Below are positions 34,560-40,696 of a stretch of DNA of 40,696 nucleotides, one piece after another (position 1 is the first letter of the stretch; each line of letters starts with the position of its first letter). The position numbers and the translations under genes were made by a program. Source of the DNA: a virus (taxonomy: Duplodnaviria; Caudoviricetes); IMG/VR virus record IMGVR_UViG_3300048849_000064, positions 1 through 40,696 of that record. The stretch is one strand, 5' to 3'. The notes under the pieces were generated by a model that was not told the DNA's origin, searched no databases, and saw only the letters and a program-made list of their open reading frames with translations.

Positions 34560-35830
34560 ACGGTGGCTCCGACTGGTGGCTGAGACGGCTGAGGAGACGG
34601 CCCAACGGACGCGCCTGAGGCGTCCGGGTCTTCGTCTTCCTGCGGTGGCTTGGGTGGCTCTACGGGCTTTGGCTTGGGTGGGCTCGGTAGGCCTAGTTCG
34701 TTGGCGACGTACTCCGGGCTGACGACACCGGCAGTGAGAAGGACGGCCCACTTATCGGCGTTGACCTTCTCGACGTCCGCACGTGTCTTGTCATCGGTGC
34801 GGAGGATTGCGTCTGTCTGGAAACGCGCTTCCTGACGGTTCGGCAGGACTTGGCTAAACGCTTCCTCGATCTCACCGAGGTAAGCCATCAGCGTGCTTTG
34901 GTAGAAGACGGTGTTGACGGTGGTGAGGTTCTGATAGACGAAGTTGGATGAGTCCACTTCAGCCAAGAGGTACGTAGCCGGGATGCCGAACAGACGCGCA
35001 ATATCCGTGGTGCTGAACTTCTGCGCCTCAAGCCATAGGGCATCGGCAGGGGACAGAACGATGGACTTGTAATCAAGTCCGGCTTCTAGGACTGCGATGG
35101 AGTTGCTGTACTTCAGCGCTTCCTCAAAGCCGTCTACGGCTTGGGTGTACTGAGCACCCGTGAGTTTCTGATCTGTCTTCAGGACTCCACGTGGAACGGC
35201 TCCACCGTTGGCGAACCAATTGCCTGCGTAGTCTCTGACGTCGCGTGCACCATAAAGACCGGCACGGCCTGCCTGAATCGGACCGAGTCCGTAGTCATGG
35301 CCGTACACCTCGGACAGGCGTAGGTGCTGGATCTCTTTGTCTGTGTAAGTAGTTGACTTACCGTTGTTGGTAACGTCGTAAAACTTGGCTCCGCTGTCGT
35401 TGAAACGGACTGTGACGCTGGCAGGGTTCAGGCACTTGAGGTCAACAACCTGTCCCTTGCCGTCTCGGGTGAGGTACCAGTAGGCGTTTCCTGAGAGCGC
35501 AAGACAGGTGACGGTGCGCTTAATGAATGCTGCGCGGCTACGGTCTGAGTCCGGCTTGGTAGCGACTAGCGGAGTCGGCTCGATGAGATCGCCGTTACGG
35601 TAGATTTCGATTGGCAACTGTGAACAGAACGTCGCAATAATCTGCACTGAGCGGTAGACCGCCGTAAGGGTAAGAGCCTGATCAACGCTTAGATCTCCAT
35701 CGCCTCGTGATGGCGGAATGATCGCGCTTGATACATGCGGCGGAGCCGGTACCTGCGCTAGTTCAGTGATGGCAGGGGTCGGCGGAGCCAGAAAGAGTCT
35801 TTGGAAGTAACCGCGCTTTTCAGATCCCAC
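34556..35830 (-). CDS. HK97-family portal protein
   Basis: AL.L.AVYR.V.II, L.GNAYW, G.GPI, F.NGG.P.GVL, IARLFGIP motifs. Confidence 0.93.
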   Translation of the reverse strand: MGSEKRGYFQRLFLAPPTPAITELAQVPAPPHVSSAIIPPSRGDGDLSVDQALTLTAVYRSVQIIATFCSQLPIEIYRNGDLIEPTPLVATKPDSDRSRAAFIKRTVTCLALSGNAYWYLTRDGKGQVVDLKCLNPASVTVRFNDSGAKFYDVTNNGKSTTYTDKEIQHLRLSEVYGHDYGLGPIQAGRAGLYGARDVRDYAGNWFANGGAVPRGVLKTDQKLTGAQYTQAVDGFEEALKYSNSIAVLEAGLDYKSIVLSPADALWLEAQKFSTTDIARLFGIPATYLLAEVDSSNFVYQNLTTVNTVFYQSTLMAYLGEIEEAFSQVLPNRQEARFQTDAILRTDDKTRADVEKVNADKWAVLLTAGVVSPEYVANELGLPSPPKPKPVEPPKPPQEDEDPDASGASVGPSPQPSQPPVGATV

Positions 35831-35904
35831 TAATGCCTTAACTAGAAATGCTTACCTATGCTAAGTATATCATTAAAAGGATAGGCGGTTTCAAAACTAA
35901 AAGG

Positions 35905-37404
35905 TTAGGCGGCTTTAGGGTGGTGTACGCGGATAAGCGGTCCTGAACCTTCATACAATTCAGCCGCATACATAGCGAAGACAACTGAGTGAAGCGCGTC
36001 CAAAGGCACTCCGGGTTTAGGTGCTGCCAATCGCCATGAGTCGCCCTTGTTCTTGGCGATGGCTCTACCGAGTTGGCTCGCCACGCGGTCGTTACCGTCG
36101 TGTCGGATACGTCCGGCCTGCATCAAGGCGTACATGAGGTTGGCGGATTCGGTGTCCGCCGATGCTGAGTTGATCGACTGGACGTTCTGCCCAACGCCTC
36201 TGAGGTGGTCCTGTAGGTACACGAGTCCGGCGTCCATGACCCACCCTGAAACGGTGATCAATGGGCTTGAGTTGATCGCGTCGGCAACGGCTTTCATTTG
36301 GTCGTGCGTAGGGTTTGCCATGCTCCATACGGTTGTAACCTCGATGGTTCCGTCTTCTGCCTTGCGCGCTGCGCTCATGGTCGCGTGGCTGTTCTTCGGA
36401 GCCACGTCCACACCGATGAACACTCCGTCTGCCTTGAGATCGGCAAGACCTATAGGACGGTCCTTCTCGTCACGGCTGGTGTCCACGAGATCGCGCCAGA
36501 TGCCCGGATCAAGGGCAGGGTTCAGTGAGGATACGAACCGGTTGTGCAGGTAGCGGCGACGGGTGAACTCCGGTTCGTTCTCCACGTCCTTGAGACGGGT
36601 CGCCAGATCGATGCGCCCACACTCAATGGCCGGGTTCGCCGCGTGGATAGCCTCGACGTTGTCTAGGGCTGCGTCTGCTGGTGCTTCCCAGATGAACGCG
36701 CCGAACCGTGGATCTTGCTGTGGGTCCGCAATGGCTGCGTTCGCACGCTCGTACAGGCTGCTGAGAAGGTCTGAGGTGTCGTCCCCGGCTGTGGTGAGTC
36801 CGAAGATGATGGAGTCCTGCTGTGCTGCCTGTCCGTTGACTAGGGAGTCCCAAGCCTGTCTTGGAAGTAGGTGGACTTCATCGATCAAGGCACCCGTGGT
36901 TGCCAAGCCCTGCAACTTGCCCTCTTTGGCTGGGTACAGGTTGTACGCGCCAGTCCCGTTACGCTTGCCGATGCCCCTTGTGGAGGTCGGTTTGAGGACC
37001 TTATTCAGGCCTACGTCGTTGTTGATCGCGTGGAGCAACTGTCCATAGATGACTTTGCCGTGCTCACGGGTCTCACTGATTCCGATGATGTTCGGAGCCA
37101 TGACGTGCTGGACCATCAGATACAGGGAGATCCACGCCGCTAGCGTGCTCTTGCCCTGCTGACGGGCGGCAGAGAATAGGACGGCTCGAAAGCGTAGGCG
37201 TCCGGCTAGTGGGTGCTCTGGCGGGAAGACCTCAAGGGCATTGGTCAGGAAGAAACGTTGCCACTCGTCCAGCACAGGACGTCGTCCGTTGCCGAAGGTC
37301 CACCGTGTCTCAATGAGGCGGATGAGATCGGGTCCGTTGCTGTGGACGGCCCACCCGCGTTCGTCTTGGACTAGCGGTCTAGTCCATCTCGCCGGGTACT
37401 GCAT
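35905..37404 (-). CDS. terL: Terminase large subunit
   Basis: LDEWQ, Walker A ARQQGKS, Walker B LIDEVH, TTAG, ANP, nuclease GVDV and LDA motifs. Confidence 0.93.
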   Translation of the reverse strand: MQYPARWTRPLVQDERGWAVHSNGPDLIRLIETRWTFGNGRRPVLDEWQRFFLTNALEVFPPEHPLAGRLRFRAVLFSAARQQGKSTLAAWISLYLMVQHVMAPNIIGISETREHGKVIYGQLLHAINNDVGLNKVLKPTSTRGIGKRNGTGAYNLYPAKEGKLQGLATTGALIDEVHLLPRQAWDSLVNGQAAQQDSIIFGLTTAGDDTSDLLSSLYERANAAIADPQQDPRFGAFIWEAPADAALDNVEAIHAANPAIECGRIDLATRLKDVENEPEFTRRRYLHNRFVSSLNPALDPGIWRDLVDTSRDEKDRPIGLADLKADGVFIGVDVAPKNSHATMSAARKAEDGTIEVTTVWSMANPTHDQMKAVADAINSSPLITVSGWVMDAGLVYLQDHLRGVGQNVQSINSASADTESANLMYALMQAGRIRHDGNDRVASQLGRAIAKNKGDSWRLAAPKPGVPLDALHSVVFAMYAAELYEGSGPLIRVHHPKAA

Positions 37405-37405
37405 C

Positions 37406-37651
37406 TCAGTACCTAGGCGTTAGGAGACTGTCCTCTTCCTCTTCACGCTTGGCCGGTGAGGTCTGCTCAATCTGTGCATCACAGAGAGCCTTGAACTTTC
37501 GGAACTCGGAGAGGAGAGCGCCACTGAAGGACTCGTCTAGTTGGCGGGCGATCATCTTGAGAGTCAGCACTTCGACCTCAAGACCCTTGAGGGAAGATCC
37601 GTGGTCGGCTACGTACTGATCTACCGTCGATGCCATGGAATGTTCAGTCAT
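37406..37651 (-). CDS. Terminase small subunit (putative)
   Basis: 81-aa helical protein immediately upstream of terL; RBS GGAGG. Confidence 0.7.
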   Translation of the reverse strand: MTEHSMASTVDQYVADHGSSLKGLEVEVLTLKMIARQLDESFSGALLSEFRKFKALCDAQIEQTSPAKREEEEDSLLTPRY

Positions 37652-37750
37652 GCGCGATGACCTCCGATGGACTCACGGCAATCCGGCCCGATTCGGTGAA
37701 ATTTTTGTGGTTACACGGGGACTCGCAAGCCCGTACTAAGAAACGCCCTA

Positions 37751-38041
37751 TCACGCTGCACTCTTAATGTTCAGTACGTTTCGCATGACATCTTCATCGA
37801 ACACACGAGACGAGAAGTAGGGAACGTAGTCCGCTTCCTTGTCGCTCTTGGTTTGGTTGCAGATCGCACATAAAGGCTGATAGTTCGAGAGTTCGTCCTT
37901 GCCCCCGTTCGCACGTGCGCGAATATGATCGACCTGTATGGGTGCCTCCGGGTCTCCGGGCTCACGACCACACTGAGCGCATGGCATGGCCGTGATCAGG
38001 GCACGGTGCTCACGCTTGACGTGGTAATAGGTCTGGCTCAT
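37751..38041 (-). CDS. HNH endonuclease (gp74-like packaging cofactor)
   Basis: CAQC...VDHI...GG...N...LCAICN..K; adjacent to terS. Confidence 0.9.
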   Translation of the reverse strand: MSQTYYHVKREHRALITAMPCAQCGREPGDPEAPIQVDHIRARANGGKDELSNYQPLCAICNQTKSDKEADYVPYFSSRVFDEDVMRNVLNIKSAA

Positions 38042-38047
38042 TAGTTC

Positions 38048-38105
38048 CTTATAGTCTGTATGACTATAAGTATACCAGCACTTAAGGTGTCACTGACTAT
38101 AAGTA
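38048..38105 (-). promoter_or_regulatory. Late promoter region with operator-like repeats
   Basis: TGACTATAAGTA twice (38061-38072, 38094-38105) plus inverted CTTATAGTC (38048-38056); minus-strand extended -10 TGGTATACT. Confidence 0.6.
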
Positions 38106-38106
38106 G

Positions 38107-39651
38107 TCAGGCATCAAGAGGGTTGACGTCAGGGTGTGAGGCCACCGTGTTACTCAAGCGCTCGACTGTGCCGTCTGTGTAGTGGAGTTCTAGGCGGCTG
38201 AGGTCCAGTGCCTTACTGCCCTGAACCTTGGCTGCATCCACACGTACGTACTCGATGTGCTTAGCCATCAGTGCCCGCTGCTCACCCACGCTGAGACCTA
38301 GGAGTTCAGTAGTGGTGCGCCCGAACCATGCATCCTTGACGTTGGCTGTAACGGCCTTACGCTGTGCGCTGCGGGCCTTGCTCAACTGCTGCTCTAGTCC
38401 CTCGATGACCGGCATAGCGGTAGCGCCTGAGATGGTGCCGTTGACTACTCCCTCTTGGAACGTCTTGAGGTCGGCCTGTATGCGCTCCACCTCGGCATCG
38501 TTAGCCGTGCTGGCGTCCTCGGAGGTGGTGTCACGTGTCATGTACCGGGCTGAGATCTCGTGCGCCACAACGGCCATATAGACAGGCTCATCAACCCAGT
38601 CCTGACGGATCGACAGCGCGCCGCATCCACCCTGATTCAGAGAGCACCGGTAACGGGAAGCACGCTGATTGTTGGTGGCTCCGACCATGCGGCCCATGCA
38701 CTTGCCACACCGGGCAAACCCACTGAGTAGGTACTTGCGGCTGTTCGCGCTCTTCGGCTTCTCGGCTGTGACGTCCTGCGCCTTGTAGTACGTAGGCTCA
38801 TCGATGATCGCGGGGAAACCCTCGCGCATGGGTCCGACAATCGCTTTCTTGTACGACCGCAGTCCCGCGTACGTCGGGTTCTTGAGAGTAGAGATCAGCG
38901 TGCCGGTTCGCCAGAGTTGCCCGGGTCGGCACTTGTCGCACTCCTCACGGGTCGCGGGGATGTCCTCGGGCCGTTCCTTACCTGAGTGCTCGAAACGCTC
39001 CGTGTGCCATTTGCACGTGAACTCCGCTGTAGTGATGCCACGTCCTGCGAGACTGACCGCAATGGAGTTGATGGATTCGCCCGCTGCTCGACGGGTAAAC
39101 GCTTCCTTGATCACCTCGGCTTCATCCGGGACCAACTCCCACTTGGACGTGTAGCCATAGAGTCGCGTCCTGCCGCCCTGAGGCTTACCCTTCATGGCCC
39201 GCTGACGCTTCTGCCGGATGACGCGCTCTGAGGTGCGCTCGGCCTCGGCTGCGTCCCTACTGGCCTTATTGCGGGCTTGCTCGCGTCCGTCTGCTGTGGC
39301 TAGGTCGTAGTCGCCTGAGACCGATGTCCGGAACAGAACTCCGGTCTTGTTGTAGAGGTCAATCAGATCCTCCATATCCCTCGGACGACGGGTCAGGCGT
39401 GAACTGGAGTAGGCGAAGACCTGTGTCACCTGTCCAGCCTCGATGAGTTCCACAAGCCGGTTCCACTTGGGACGGGGCTTCGTGCTGAGTGTGGATGCAC
39501 TGATGTCGTTGTCCACGAAGATCATGTCCTCGGAGATGTCGGCTCCGTACTCCTCGGCCTTCATGAGGGCATCCTCGCGCTGACGTTCAACGCCTGCCTC
39601 ATGTCCGTCTGAGTCCTGAGAGATCCGCAGATACAGTGCATTCGTGCTCAT
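38107..39651 (-). CDS. int: Large serine recombinase (phage integrase)
   Basis: YLRIS catalytic motif, DNDISAS, SRLTR, recombinase domain, LLSG.ARCGKC zinc ribbon, coiled coil; start probably ATG 39651 (MSTNALYLRIS). Confidence 0.95.
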   Translation of the reverse strand: MSTNALYLRISQDSDGHEAGVERQREDALMKAEEYGADISEDMIFVDNDISASTLSTKPRPKWNRLVELIEAGQVTQVFAYSSSRLTRRPRDMEDLIDLYNKTGVLFRTSVSGDYDLATADGREQARNKASRDAAEAERTSERVIRQKRQRAMKGKPQGGRTRLYGYTSKWELVPDEAEVIKEAFTRRAAGESINSIAVSLAGRGITTAEFTCKWHTERFEHSGKERPEDIPATREECDKCRPGQLWRTGTLISTLKNPTYAGLRSYKKAIVGPMREGFPAIIDEPTYYKAQDVTAEKPKSANSRKYLLSGFARCGKCMGRMVGATNNQRASRYRCSLNQGGCGALSIRQDWVDEPVYMAVVAHEISARYMTRDTTSEDASTANDAEVERIQADLKTFQEGVVNGTISGATAMPVIEGLEQQLSKARSAQRKAVTANVKDAWFGRTTTELLGLSVGEQRALMAKHIEYVRVDAAKVQGSKALDLSRLELHYTDGTVERLSNTVASHPDVNPLDA

Positions 39652-39692
39652 CGGAGCAACTTTACCAGTCATGGGAGTTTCAGTGTTCACGA

Positions 39693-39702
39693 AGTTCATC
39701 GT
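39693..39702 (+). repeat. attR core of the prophage (AGTTCATCGT)
   Basis: Identical to 21045-21054. Confidence 0.9.
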
Positions 39703-39745
39703 GCAGGGTGCCTACGAGATCGATGCGGACATGATCGACGCTTGA
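39695..39745 (+). pseudogene. parE: Displaced native 3' end of parE (FIVQGAYEIDADMIDA*)
   Basis: Continues the parE frame across the att core; host-like codons; typical acidic ParE terminus. Confidence 0.85.
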
Positions 39746-39874
39746 GTCATCGTGTCGCGCTTCGCGCGAGGCTTTGGACGGCGATGGGGCAGGGGTCAGG
39801 TCCATCCTGCCACTTGCTACTGACATCCGGTTTGGTCCGAAAATAGTTGGCATTGCAGCGAATATCTGTTGTCT

Positions 39875-39897
39875 TCGAACACCTGTTCGGATAAACT
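39875..39897 (+). promoter_or_regulatory. LexA box and -10 of a leaderless promoter
   Basis: TCGAACACCTGTTCGG (39875-39890), -10 TAAACT (39892-39897), ATG 6 nt later. Confidence 0.75.
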
Positions 39898-39903
39898 GTC
39901 TGC

Positions 39904-40696
39904 ATGGACACGGCACCGACGATCGCGGCGATGCGCACCGCAGCGCGTGCTCTGTCGTGCGGTGATCCGAGGGATCGTGCCCGGGCGATCCAGACCGCGC
40001 AGGACGCGTTGGATGCGGCCAAGGCCGAGGCGTTGGCCGAGATCGACGCCACGCAGGCTTTCGAGGTCGATGGTGCGTCGACGTTGAACACGTGGGTGCG
40101 TAACGAGCTGCGGATGACCGCCTCCGACGCCCAGGTGTTGGTCCGTGCCGCTGCCACCTGCGCGGCACTGCCTTTGGTGGGTGCTGCTGCGGCTGAGGGG
40201 TCCATCAGGGCTGATCACGTCAAGGCCTTCACGTACGGTTTGAAGCACTTGGGGGCGGAGGTGATGGGCCAGTACGAAGAGGCGTTCCTCGTCGTGGCGC
40301 AGAACCAGAACCCTCAAGAGCTGTTCGAGAAGATGCGGTCTCTGCGTGAGGCGATGTTCCCCGACGACCTCGAAAAGCAGTACCTGAAGGGTCAGGAGAA
40401 GGAAGACATCACCATCACCGCCCTCCTCGAAGGCTGGCACGTATCCGGTTTCCTCGGCCCGGTGGTGGGGGCGAAGTTCAAGACCGTCCTCGACTCCGTC
40501 TCCGCACCGCACGGTGAGGACGACGAGAGGACCGGTGCGGAACGGCGGGTGCAGGGACTGGATGATCTGTTGTCCTCGATCCTGGACAACGGCCTCCCCT
40601 CGGACAAAGGAGTGCGGCCGCACATGTCGGTGTTCGCCGACGCCGACACCGTCGAAGTTGCCGCCGAACACGTCAAGAACGAAACCGAGAACCCCG
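39904..40696 (+). CDS. DUF222 (13E12/REP13E12-type) protein, usually with a C-terminal HNH; runs off the window
   Basis: Open frame MDTAPTIAAM...DGASTLNTWVRNELRM...EGSIRADHV...GWHVSGFL.P..G...RTGAERRVQGL...RPHMSV; SOS box upstream. Confidence 0.8.
   Translation, partial: MDTAPTIAAMRTAARALSCGDPRDRARAIQTAQDALDAAKAEALAEIDATQAFEVDGASTLNTWVRNELRMTASDAQVLVRAAATCAALPLVGAAAAEGSIRADHVKAFTYGLKHLGAEVMGQYEEAFLVVAQNQNPQELFEKMRSLREAMFPDDLEKQYLKGQEKEDITITALLEGWHVSGFLGPVVGAKFKTVLDSVSAPHGEDDERTGAERRVQGLDDLLSSILDNGLPSDKGVRPHMSVFADADTVEVAAEHVKNETENP

Larger units (their letters stand above)
21045..39702 (-). mobile_element. Compact siphoviral prophage (~18.65 kb) integrated in parE by a large serine integrase
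   Basis: att cores, integrase, HNH, TerS/TerL, portal, protease-capsid, tail module, Lsr2 and Rep; visibly lower GC than host. Confidence 0.93.

Noticed and set aside
33003-34751. 582-aa version of the capsid ORF
   Set aside because: The first 64 codons overlap the portal gene; the ATGA-coupled start at 34559 is more plausible
39652-39699. 16-aa N-terminal extension of the serine integrase starting inside the att core, suggesting recombination-controlled translation
   Set aside because: The ATG lies in the shared core and is unchanged by recombination; an extended -10 (TGGTAAAGT) 7 nt before ATG 39651 favours a leaderless start there
39817-40671. 284-aa minus-strand ORF
   Set aside because: Antisense to the DUF222 gene, which the track missed because it has no stop inside the window
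1-40696. tRNA, tmRNA or rRNA genes as integration targets
   Set aside because: None recognised; both att sites lie in protein-coding genes

Overview
High-GC actinobacterial chromosome (Nocardioidaceae-like by gene context; inference). The host backbone is the sigA/rpoD 3' end, an SGNH protein, a secreted PLD-family protein, a small Cys/His protein, parE and an SOS-boxed DUF222 gene. Two integrated elements interrupt it, each at the 3' end of an essential gene. Element 1 (~15.7 kb, 108-15870, 21-bp att repeat in the sigA 3' end) is satellite-like. It carries a tyrosine integrase, an AAA_25 Rep with an iteron origin, WhiB, an excisionase-type HTH and a lone 1084-aa tape-measure protein, with no recognisable capsid, portal, terminase or tail-tube genes. 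It also carries an NTase-HTH-beta-sandwich operon, three paralogous ~52-aa ORFs missed by the ORF track, and four different tandem palindromes in front of a ParB-like gene. Element 2 (~18.6 kb, 21045-39702) is a very small siphoviral prophage with a large serine integrase inserted in parE. It replaces the native ParE C-terminus (QGAYEIDADMIDA) with a phage-encoded tail (HTQPHMSDIDY) plus a terminator. It has complete head and tail modules with a -1 frameshifted tail chaperone and a divergent Lsr2/HTH pair, but no recognisable endolysin or CI repressor. Family names come from motif recognition only; no searches were run.
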